DNA of 64,000 bases from an uncultured virus (IMG/VR IMGVR_UViG_3300043781_000014) (lineage: Duplodnaviria > Heunggongvirae > Uroviricota > Caudoviricetes). The position numbers and the translations under genes were made by a program. The stretch's first letter is position 1. Every line of letters starts with the position of its first letter. The stretch is taken from positions 1 through 64,000 of the IMG/VR virus record IMGVR_UViG_3300043781_000014; one strand, given 5' to 3'. Below, piece after piece: positions 1-8,164 of this stretch. Below the pieces are notes generated by a model, which saw only the letters and a program-made list of their open reading frames with translations, was not told where the DNA came from and ran no database searches.

Positions 1-645
1 CTTAAATTTGATATTGAACCTTATCCTAAACAAGATAGCACTCACTACTCAGTAGGTGATACAGAAGAGCGCTTGATCCGTGATCGTCAAGAGAATAAAG
101 TTTATACAGAAACTGAATTACTTAAAGCCTTTCCTAACTATGATTGGAATGGCAATAATGGCGAAGTAGTTAAGCCTATTAAGCCTAAGGTTGTTAAAAA
201 GGTTAATAGGCATTTTGCCCCAGTATACGCTATTAGTACTAAGACTATTCAAGTCTTTCAGTTTGAGTCTATTCGTTCATGTGCAGAAACTCTAGGTGTA
301 GGTGAACGTAATATTAAGCACTGCTTAGCTGATAAGAAAGGTTCTCTTGGTGGTTTTGTCTTTTGTAGACCAGATGATTACACTTCGGAGCTTGCTAAAG
401 AATTAGTAGAAAAAGCTAAGAATAGTCCTAAGTATAATCATGATTTCATCGTTGATGGTAACTGGGTAGAGGGAATGACTAAAGTTCGAGAGATTGTAGG
501 AGCTAGTCGTTCTTCTATTCATAGGGCAATTGATGTTAACCGTAGAGAGGTTAAAGGACACACAATTGATATTCCTAAGCCTAAGGATATAGTTAAGCAT
601 TATAAATCTGTTTATCAGCCTTTGGCTACATATTTAATTAGTTAA
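1..645 (+). CDS. 5'-partial protein: C-terminal tail of a Mom-like domain followed by NUMOD1-like HTH modules
   Basis: Frame 1 is open from base 1. LKFDIEPYPKQDSTHYSVGDTEERLIRDR nearly matches the C-terminus of ORF 26587-28434. FESIRSCAETLGVGERNIKHCL...GGFVF is NUMOD1-like. Confidence 0.7.
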   Translation, partial: LKFDIEPYPKQDSTHYSVGDTEERLIRDRQENKVYTETELLKAFPNYDWNGNNGEVVKPIKPKVVKKVNRHFAPVYAISTKTIQVFQFESIRSCAETLGVGERNIKHCLADKKGSLGGFVFCRPDDYTSELAKELVEKAKNSPKYNHDFIVDGNWVEGMTKVREIVGASRSSIHRAIDVNRREVKGHTIDIPKPKDIVKHYKSVYQPLATYLIS

Positions 646-694
646 TATTAAGATAAATGACTGCTAGTTCAGTCTTTTTTATTTTATCTTTTTA

Positions 695-741
695 TACAAA
701 AGTAGTTGAAAATTCAACTAAAAGTGTTATACTTAAAACAT
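695..741 (+). promoter_or_regulatory. SigA-type early promoter overlapped by palindrome TAGTTGAA-AA-TTCAACTA (copy 1)
   Basis: TTGAAA 706-711 and TG-n-TATACT 728-733; 47 bp identical to 21848-21894. Confidence 0.8.
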
Positions 742-766
742 AAGTTAAGGAAAGGAAGTTATTAAA

Positions 767-1003
767 ATGAGAATGATTAAGACTTCAACGGCTGGTTATA
801 TTTCGGTAATTCAATTTGTAATGGGTGCTTGGTTTGGGTATTCAATACTAATGGCAATTATCTCTGGGGTGCTTACGTGTTTTGTACTTAATTGTTTTGG
901 TACTGATATTGAGTTTGACAATTCATCAAATGAACAGGATAATGAAGATGCTGAAAATGGTAAAGAAACTGCTAAAACACGAGAAGAATTAAAAAACAAA
1001 TAG
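767..1003 (+). CDS. small membrane protein
   Basis: RBS AAGGAAG, hydrophobic N-terminal half, acidic/charged tail. Confidence 0.7.
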   Translation: MRMIKTSTAGYISVIQFVMGAWFGYSILMAIISGVLTCFVLNCFGTDIEFDNSSNEQDNEDAENGKETAKTREELKNK

Positions 1004-1059
1004 GGTAGCATATCAATAGTAGAAATAGTTATGCTAGAAAAGTTGAGGGCTAAATTATC

Positions 1060-1785
1060 ATGAAAATTTTTCGTTTAGGTATACAAAAGAAATGGCACAT
1101 TGTTGATCCAGAGGATCATAATCATTCTTTATGTCGTGAAAATTATAATGCTAATCCAGAAGTAGAAGATGTGCGTGAATATAAAGATGAAAAGCTTTGT
1201 AATATTTGTATGTCACGGGCTTATAAGCGTGGTTTTATTGGGGTTTATCCTAAAGTTTATTTAGATCGAGTTAATGTTCACAAGTACCATACTTATGACT
1301 CTGAAACCATTACCCGTCTATATAATCCAGAAAAGAATTATAAGGAAACTCTTTATCCAGATCGTAATTCCAAGATTGCTGATCCAGAGGGTTATTTAGC
1401 AGATCAATTCTTTGGATTTCTTATTGAAGAATTAAAAGGTCGTGACACTGGCTTATGGACTTTTAGGGAATTGCAGGAAGATTTACTTTCTAAAGATAAG
1501 CATACTAAAAAACAAAAGAATTTCTGGGTTGAGAATTTCTTAACACAAAATAAAGTTAGAACAGACTTACTTTATCGGATTTATCCTATTAGTAATTATG
1601 TAAAACATCAGCTAGTAGAAAGTGACAATCCTCGTCATGTTGAATTGTTAGCTTTAAGACCAGATTATAAAGAAGACGTTGAGCCTGTTGAGGATTTTGT
1701 TGGCTATTATATTGGAGAGGGTATAACTAATGATTTACCAACTTCTTTAATTGATCCTTTTGCTATTGTAGATGGTAAAGTATAA
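1060..1785 (+). CDS. hypothetical protein, possible N-terminal Zn site (H..C...CNIC)
   Basis: 241-aa ORF in the early operon. Confidence 0.7.
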   Translation: MKIFRLGIQKKWHIVDPEDHNHSLCRENYNANPEVEDVREYKDEKLCNICMSRAYKRGFIGVYPKVYLDRVNVHKYHTYDSETITRLYNPEKNYKETLYPDRNSKIADPEGYLADQFFGFLIEELKGRDTGLWTFRELQEDLLSKDKHTKKQKNFWVENFLTQNKVRTDLLYRIYPISNYVKHQLVESDNPRHVELLALRPDYKEDVEPVEDFVGYYIGEGITNDLPTSLIDPFAIVDGKV

Positions 1786-2079
1786 ATGAATATAATTTCA
1801 GTATTTGTCTTAGACTTTTCTAATGAACATATCATGTTGTTTCATTGCTCTAATTCTATTCGAGAGTTCCAAGACTTTGAACAACAAGTAGTTAATACCC
1901 TAACAGATGAAGAATTAAGCTTAGGCGGTTCTCATGTTATTGGTAATGGTCATATTGAGACCCCAGATGATTTAAAGGAATATGATCCGTTCTTTATTCC
2001 TTATAAGTCTGTATACACAATTAAAGAGTATCAAAGCTATGCTAAATTAGCTGTTAAACAACAAAGACTGCTCAGATGA
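1786..2079 (+). CDS. hypothetical protein
   Basis: Abuts the previous stop; followed by hairpin AAGACTGCTC-AGAT-GAGTAGTCTTTTT. Confidence 0.65.
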   Translation: MNIISVFVLDFSNEHIMLFHCSNSIREFQDFEQQVVNTLTDEELSLGGSHVIGNGHIETPDDLKEYDPFFIPYKSVYTIKEYQSYAKLAVKQQRLLR

Positions 2080-2135
2080 GTAGTCTTTTTATATTAAGAC
2101 TAGGTAAACCTTTAACAGAAAGGCAGGTTAAAATT

Positions 2136-3056
2136 TTGTCTAAGGAAGATATAAGAAACTATTTTCAAATACAAAAACAACCCGGAGCAATCCAGACTTA
2201 TAATGGTAATCCAGATTATGCTCTAGGTAGTGATTATGAAGACGTAACCCTAGATTCTTTAGGTATTAATATTGACTTAATTAAAAATGAGCTTATGGGT
2301 ATGGAAAGAGACTTAGTAGACCCTGTTACTAATGAGCCTTATCCAGACAGTTTTTATAAGATGATTTTAAATCGGGTGGTTGCACAGGCTGAAAAGATCT
2401 TTGACGTGGCGATTGTTCCTCGATTGCAAGTAGACCGTTTAGACTATCACCGTTCAGACTTTAATGCTTTTGCCTATCTACATACAACAATGAGACCTAT
2501 TTTAAGTGTTAAGGACTTATTACTCTATTATAATAATCAAGATATTATGCACATCCCAGACGAGTGGATTAAGGTAACTAATCGTACAGGTCAATTACAG
2601 GTATCTCCTTCTGTATTAATGCAAGGACTTAATACTACTATTAACCCTACTATTTATCCTTTAATTAATTCTCCTTATGGAATGACTCCTAGTCCTTTTA
2701 CTCAAATGGAGTTTGCTCCTCAAATGTTAGGAGTAACTTACGTTGCTGGTATGATGCCACATACTGGTAAAGATGGGGTTAACTATGATTGGATGATTCA
2801 GCCAGATATGTTGGGCTATATTGCTAAACTAGGGGCAATTGAGGTCCTTGAGCGCTATGGAAGAGTAATACTATCTCCCGGTATAGCCTCTTATAATGTT
2901 TCTGTAGACGGTATAAGTACTGGTGTTAATACAACTTCGTCAGCTGAAAATTCGGCAACTGCTGGTGAAATACGTAATCTTCAAGTTGATATGAAAGATA
3001 TTGAAAAACGCTTACATAGATTTTATGGTGATCCAGAAGTTTCGTTTATCGGATGA
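2136..3056 (+). CDS. virion neck / head-tail adaptor protein (K/Twort-like)
   Basis: In-frame TTG at 2136 after GAAAGGCAGG. Motifs FAPQMLGVTYVAGM and PGIASYNVSVDGIST..TTSSA, plus position before the sheath. Confidence 0.7.
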   Translation: MSKEDIRNYFQIQKQPGAIQTYNGNPDYALGSDYEDVTLDSLGINIDLIKNELMGMERDLVDPVTNEPYPDSFYKMILNRVVAQAEKIFDVAIVPRLQVDRLDYHRSDFNAFAYLHTTMRPILSVKDLLLYYNNQDIMHIPDEWIKVTNRTGQLQVSPSVLMQGLNTTINPTIYPLINSPYGMTPSPFTQMEFAPQMLGVTYVAGMMPHTGKDGVNYDWMIQPDMLGYIAKLGAIEVLERYGRVILSPGIASYNVSVDGISTGVNTTSSAENSATAGEIRNLQVDMKDIEKRLHRFYGDPEVSFIG

Positions 3057-3133
3057 TACTATGTTGTAATTATGGTGATTATACCCGTTGAACGTGTTGA
3101 AATTTAAAAATATTGTGTTATTATAATGTATGT

Positions 3134-3230
3134 AGGTTCATTAATTCATTTCGATTTCGATTTAATACATTTACATCCATATACTACTTTTGTATTTTCT
3201 AAGGCACCTATTAATTTAGGTGTCTTTTTT
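3134..3230 (+). ncRNA. candidate ~100-nt sRNA (promoter-terminator cassette with no ORF)
   Basis: TTGAAA 3097 and TATTATAAT 3119-3127 upstream; terminator AAGGCACCTA-TTAATT-TAGGTGTCTTTTTT 3201-3230. Confidence 0.45.
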
Positions 3231-3285
3231 GTATTTTAAGTTCAACCTATATTAAAGAGGATAATAGAAAGTAGGTGAAATTATA

Positions 3286-4317
3286 ATGGCTGATAATCCT
3301 TTGCATGAAAAAGTAGAGTCTGCTAATCCGTTTTACCCAGCTAAGAATAATATGAATCCTCTTGATATTGATAGGGTAGTTCAATTAATTCAGCAACACG
3401 CAGTTAACGTTGTTTGGGAGCAGGCTTATCATTGTCCTTGTTTAGATGAGCAGACAGGTCAACCTCAGCCTAATTGTCCTGTTTGTCATGGTCAAGGTTG
3501 GATTTATTTACATCCAAGAACAATTGATATGGCAATTCAAGGTGATGAAAAGAATTTTAGCTTAAATCCTACTGGTATGGATAATTTAGGTACTAGTAAA
3601 GCAACGCCACAAGTTACTGTAAATGGAATTGAACAGGGAATTAAACCGGGTGACAGAATTACAGTTACTGGGTGGACGACTAATGATTCTTATACATTTA
3701 ATGTGACTAATGAACGTTTACAAGATGGTCTATTTTTACCTTTTGATGTAGCGTCTATTAATGAAGCTTATTATATTGAAAATGGAGAATTAAAATCTAT
3801 TGATGATGTTGATAGTTCCTTACTAATTAACGAAGGTAATCAATTAGAGATTAAGGACGAAAGTTTATTAGGTAAAGTTATTACTTTATCATTAGAAGTT
3901 ATTAAGCGTTTTTATGTCGTCTCTATGATTAAAGAATTACGTTATCAACAATATTACAAGCTTAATCAAAAATTATGGGCTTTAGGTAATGGTACTCGTG
4001 CAGTTAATGAAGACGAGACTGTTATTAATGAAGAAGATCAATTAGGTAATGAGTATGTTAATCCTAATGATATGAGTAGTATTGTTCCTAAGAATATTAA
4101 ACAGGCTCAGTTACGTTCTTTTCCTCAAGTAGTAAATCGTGATGGGGCACAAATTGTAATTGGTAAGCACCAGATTTTTAGGATGCCTCCTACATTACTA
4201 ATTAGAAGAGAAAATCTTTACTTCTCTAATGTTAACTTGGCAACCTCAGACGGTAAGAATCAGTCTGTAATTAAGGACCCAACATTGAATGAGTTTGACG
4301 ACTTCCTAGGAGGCTAA
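3286..4317 (+). CDS. virion neck / head-closure protein
   Basis: WEQAYHCPC...QPQPNCPVCHGQG motif and C-terminal P..LLIRRE, typical of K-like neck genes; synteny. Confidence 0.7.
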   Translation: MADNPLHEKVESANPFYPAKNNMNPLDIDRVVQLIQQHAVNVVWEQAYHCPCLDEQTGQPQPNCPVCHGQGWIYLHPRTIDMAIQGDEKNFSLNPTGMDNLGTSKATPQVTVNGIEQGIKPGDRITVTGWTTNDSYTFNVTNERLQDGLFLPFDVASINEAYYIENGELKSIDDVDSSLLINEGNQLEIKDESLLGKVITLSLEVIKRFYVVSMIKELRYQQYYKLNQKLWALGNGTRAVNEDETVINEEDQLGNEYVNPNDMSSIVPKNIKQAQLRSFPQVVNRDGAQIVIGKHQIFRMPPTLLIRRENLYFSNVNLATSDGKNQSVIKDPTLNEFDDFLGG

Positions 4318-4320
4318 GTA

Positions 4321-5034
4321 ATGGCTCAAATATCAGATTTAATTAGTAATGAGTCTATTAGAGGTCTCCATGAGTTCTTTAACAGACAGGTAGATGAGAA
4401 ACAGATCACTGAATCGTATACTAAGGGTTTAGCTAATGAATTAAAAAAGGCCTTTGGTAATCTTGCAGTTAGGGATAATGGATCTAGTGTATCTGTTGCC
4501 TATCGAATTTTGAATGACGCTAATAATGAGAATGTTGGCTTTTATGACTTAAAGCAGGCGTTTGCTCGCTCCTCTAAAGCTAAGCCTACTAAAGATGGTG
4601 GTTGGTATATTAGAATACCAATTTCAAATCGTGCAACAGAGTATCGGCAAGCTTTTGGGCGTAAATTATGGGACACTATTAGTCATACTGAGTTTGGTAC
4701 TACTTCTAGTGCAGATGAGAATATAGCTAGGTTTCAAAAGATTTTATCTAATGCTGGGGGAGTTAATAGTAGTCCAATTGCTTATCAATGGAAGTCTACT
4801 AGTGTGACTCGTGAACAGTTTGGTAGTTCAGCTACTAGAGGTCATTATGTTAGTTTCAGAACCGTTTCAAATAAGTCAGATCCTAACTCATGGCTTATCA
4901 ATAAATCGGGTATGAATGCAAAAATTAATCAAGAAACAGAAAATGAACAACAAGCACAAGAGGTCGCTAAAGTTGTACAACAGGCAATTGAAAAGATTAT
5001 AGACAGATATAATAAGGCAGGTGAGAATAGTTAA
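4321..5034 (+). CDS. neck/tail completion structural protein
   Basis: GGWYIRIPI and YVSFRTVSNKSDPNSW motifs; synteny. Confidence 0.65.
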   Translation: MAQISDLISNESIRGLHEFFNRQVDEKQITESYTKGLANELKKAFGNLAVRDNGSSVSVAYRILNDANNENVGFYDLKQAFARSSKAKPTKDGGWYIRIPISNRATEYRQAFGRKLWDTISHTEFGTTSSADENIARFQKILSNAGGVNSSPIAYQWKSTSVTREQFGSSATRGHYVSFRTVSNKSDPNSWLINKSGMNAKINQETENEQQAQEVAKVVQQAIEKIIDRYNKAGENS

Positions 5035-5879
5035 TGAGTATTGAATTAGTAGATCAGCACATAGTAGATGAGGTTAATTCCCTCTTAAAAGGTATACTTG
5101 CTAATCCCTATATTATAAAACAGGAAATACTTAGCCAACTTCCCGACAAAATTGTAGATAACTTTATTAATACATACGGAATTGGAAAGGGTAATCATGG
5201 GGTTGAAATTCCTCTTTATTTTGCTTTTCCTCAAACTCCTCCTAAAACAGCTTTCTTATTAGCGCAGTTTAAGGGGTCACAGGAAGATGAGGATAATGCA
5301 GTATTAGGTAATTATCAAGGAGACTTAACTTCTAATGATAGTGGTAAGCTAACTCATGAGAAGCTACCTATAATCGTTGATGGTAAGCAGGCTTATTTAC
5401 AGCCTAGTCAACCCATTAAAGATGTTTATTCTCTTCCACAAACTAATGTGTATGAGGTAAAGGATAATAAGGTCTATATTCCTTATTTACCTATCTATAA
5501 TAAAGATTCTAAATTTGATTTGTTCTATATAATTAAGGAAGAAAATACAGGTCAGTCTTATCCAATAGGTATAAATACCATAGAAGCTGTAACAATAGAT
5601 TTTATCTCCAATAATACAAATACTATTCGTTGTCTTTCTGGAATATTTGTTTATATTGAAACCTATTTGCGAAAGTCATTAGAGGATAATGGCGCTGTCT
5701 TTTTACCTAGTATTGAGTTAAATGGTATGGATATGGTTCAAGACGTAAGTACAGCAGAGAATAGTCTTGGTGGTCAACAATTGTACTATCGCCGATTAAC
5801 TGTAAACTATCATGTAACCCAAACGATTAAACAGAACATGAATCAAACATTAGATAAGATTATTTTAGGTGGTGAATAG
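5034..5879 (+). CDS. tail terminator-like structural protein
   Basis: Synteny before the sheath; SNNTNTIRCL and YYRRLTVNY motifs. Confidence 0.6.
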   Translation: MSIELVDQHIVDEVNSLLKGILANPYIIKQEILSQLPDKIVDNFINTYGIGKGNHGVEIPLYFAFPQTPPKTAFLLAQFKGSQEDEDNAVLGNYQGDLTSNDSGKLTHEKLPIIVDGKQAYLQPSQPIKDVYSLPQTNVYEVKDNKVYIPYLPIYNKDSKFDLFYIIKEENTGQSYPIGINTIEAVTIDFISNNTNTIRCLSGIFVYIETYLRKSLEDNGAVFLPSIELNGMDMVQDVSTAENSLGGQQLYYRRLTVNYHVTQTIKQNMNQTLDKIILGGE

Positions 5880-5880
5880 A

Positions 5881-6077
5881 TTGGCGAAAAAAGATCAGAA
5901 GTTAACCCTTTATTCTTTAAACGAGTTTCTTGCTACGGTTAAGGGAATGGCTAAGTATCGAAAATTAACTGATATACAGCTTGCTGGATTTAGTAACTTA
6001 ATGCGTTCTAAGATATGCTTTTTGTATACGATCCGCACGTATATCTTGAAGAATTAGACCATTATATTAATGGTTAA
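5881..6077 (+). CDS. small conserved pre-sheath protein, 1-base frameshift near 6012
   Basis: TTG start after AGGTGG. QLAGF motif continues in the -1 frame as MLFVYDPHVYLEELDHYING*. Confidence 0.55.
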
Positions 6078-6106
6078 TATTGTTAAGTAGAAAGGAACGG
6101 GATAAA

Positions 6107-8050
6107 ATGGCACTAATTCCTTCATCTGATACTATGAAGCGAATCTACCCAAAGTTTTATAATTCACGTCCTCATGTAGAAACGAGTTATGATGACTCAG
6201 CCTTAACTAATCAATCTTCCGATTCAGAAAAGAATATCTTTTTGCTAGGTTCAGCAACAGAAGGTAATCCTAATAATGTTTATGAAATTAAGTCATCTGC
6301 CAGCGCTCGTAAGATCTTTGGTTCTGGTGACTTAGTAAAGGCAATGGAATTGATTTGGAATCCAACTGGTGACTACTACCAAAATGGTGGTAAGGTTTAT
6401 GCTATGCGGGTTGAAAATGCTACGCAAGCTTCACTAGAAGAAGGTCCTATCACTATTACTTCTAAAGTTTTTGGTGCTAGTGCTAATAAGATTGGGGTTT
6501 CATTTACTCGGGACGCTTTATCACAGGGTTATACTTTACGGGTAGAATACGAACCACAAATGTACGCTAAGAATTACACTAACATCGGTAATATCTTTGC
6601 TATTTACCACGGTGGTCGTCAAGCTACAGCTAAGTACTATGGTTACAAGGTTGTAGGTAATGTTGCTCGTGCTAATAAGTTTATCTTAGCTATGGGTGAT
6701 GATCCTAAGAATATGCAAGTAGTTCGTGAATTAGACCTTACTAAGGACTCATTTAGCGAAGTACAAAAGCTCTTATCTGCTATTAACGCAACACCGGGAT
6801 TTCAATCTACAGTTTTGAAGACTTGCGCTCGCATCAGCACTGCGGACTTAGACTTAACTCCGGGTGACGACTATGTAATGATTGGTACAGAAGATGAACC
6901 AACTACTGTTACTAGTGTTTATGGTGACTTGAAGTTATCCACTCGAATGGACCCTTACATTTCAGTAAGCATTAATTCATTAGGTGCGCCTACAGGTGTT
7001 CAGGCTACTCCTACTGCTGATGGTGCTACTATTACTGCTACACCAGTTAAGAAAGATATTCAAATTTTTGCTAATGAATATCTTTCTGGTGGAGACGATG
7101 GTCAAGTACCTATTTCATGGGCTGATAAGTTTAAGAATGTTCATGGTAAGAATGTTTACTACATTGTTCCATTAACAGCCGAAGAAAATGTTCATGCTGA
7201 ATTAGCTGAATTCCTTAGTGAAGAAAACATTTTAGGCTATAACTACATGTCCTTTGTAGGTGGTGGCTATAACGAAGACTTTAACTATGCAATTAATCGT
7301 CAATTAGGCTTGCAATCAAATCGTGTAGCTTTAGTTGCTAACTCTGGTACCTACACTAACTTGTCGGGTAATGAAGTTCATATTCCTGCTTACTTAATGG
7401 CTTCTTATGTTGCTGGTATTGCTTCTAGTCTACCTATTGGTACTCCAGTTACTCATAAGCACCTTAATTTAGTAAGTTTGGATCAAAACTTCGATGGGGA
7501 CGAACTTGATCAATTAGACGCTAATGGTGTTATTGCAATTGAAAACCAAGTACGTAGAAATACGTCTGGTGGATTTACTATTGTAGAAGATGTAACTACT
7601 TACAACTCTACTAATGAACCTACTAAGAATGTTGTTTCATTACAGGAAATTACAGACTTCTTATTTGACGACTTGCGTTACTACCTTGAAGACAACTTCA
7701 TCGGTATGCCAGTACATCAAATTACAAGTGGTTTGATTAATACCTTTATTGAAGCATTCTTGAAGCAACGGGTTTCTGATGGTATGTTAGCTAGTTATGA
7801 CGGTACATCAATTCAAACTGTAATTAATGGTAACCAAGCCTATGTATCATTCTCCTGCGCTCCATCACGTGGGTTACGAACTATCTATGTTGCTGGTACT
7901 TATACTAACTTTGTATCAAGTGCTGGTGGTAATGGTGGTTCTAACTCTGATTATGATGGGATTGAAGGTAATGGAATTAATCCAGACACGGAGTCCGTGG
8001 CTGGGATAGAAAATCAAAATCGTGTCCATACCAATTATACGGATATGTAG
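6107..8050 (+). CDS. major tail sheath protein
   Basis: RPHVET, IFGSGDL, YYIVPLT, LDQLDANGVI, IVEDVTTYN motifs of K-like sheath proteins; RBS GAAAGGA before ATG 6107. Confidence 0.92.
   Translation: MALIPSSDTMKRIYPKFYNSRPHVETSYDDSALTNQSSDSEKNIFLLGSATEGNPNNVYEIKSSASARKIFGSGDLVKAMELIWNPTGDYYQNGGKVYAMRVENATQASLEEGPITITSKVFGASANKIGVSFTRDALSQGYTLRVEYEPQMYAKNYTNIGNIFAIYHGGRQATAKYYGYKVVGNVARANKFILAMGDDPKNMQVVRELDLTKDSFSEVQKLLSAINATPGFQSTVLKTCARISTADLDLTPGDDYVMIGTEDEPTTVTSVYGDLKLSTRMDPYISVSINSLGAPTGVQATPTADGATITATPVKKDIQIFANEYLSGGDDGQVPISWADKFKNVHGKNVYYIVPLTAEENVHAELAEFLSEENILGYNYMSFVGGGYNEDFNYAINRQLGLQSNRVALVANSGTYTNLSGNEVHIPAYLMASYVAGIASSLPIGTPVTHKHLNLVSLDQNFDGDELDQLDANGVIAIENQVRRNTSGGFTIVEDVTTYNSTNEPTKNVVSLQEITDFLFDDLRYYLEDNFIGMPVHQITSGLINTFIEAFLKQRVSDGMLASYDGTSIQTVINGNQAYVSFSCAPSRGLRTIYVAGTYTNFVSSAGGNGGSNSDYDGIEGNGINPDTESVAGIENQNRVHTNYTDM
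7991..8050 (+). repeat. sheath 3' end, diverged direct repeat of 9797-9853
   Basis: CCGTGGCTGGGAT is exact at 7995-8007 and 9801-9813; ESVAGIENQNRVHTNYTDM vs ETVAGIEAQNHVQTHYAD. Confidence 0.85.
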
Positions 8051-8077
8051 CTCATAATACATTATTTACTAAATATG

Positions 8078-8148
8078 TTGACTAATTAAATATACGTTTT
8101 ATAATAATAGTATAGAATTAAAAAAAAATATTCTATACTATTTTTTTT
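8078..8148 (+). promoter_or_regulatory. SigA promoter followed immediately by a terminator-like hairpin
   Basis: TTGACT...TATAAT, then AATAGTATAGAAT-N11-ATTCTATACTATT and a T run. Confidence 0.6.
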
Positions 8149-8164
8149 ATGGGGTGTATTTATA

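Noticed and set aside
1006..1017. TAGCATATCAAT repeated at 21784-21795
   Set aside because: A single 12-mer repeat in AT-rich DNA is expected by chance, and the flanks differ.
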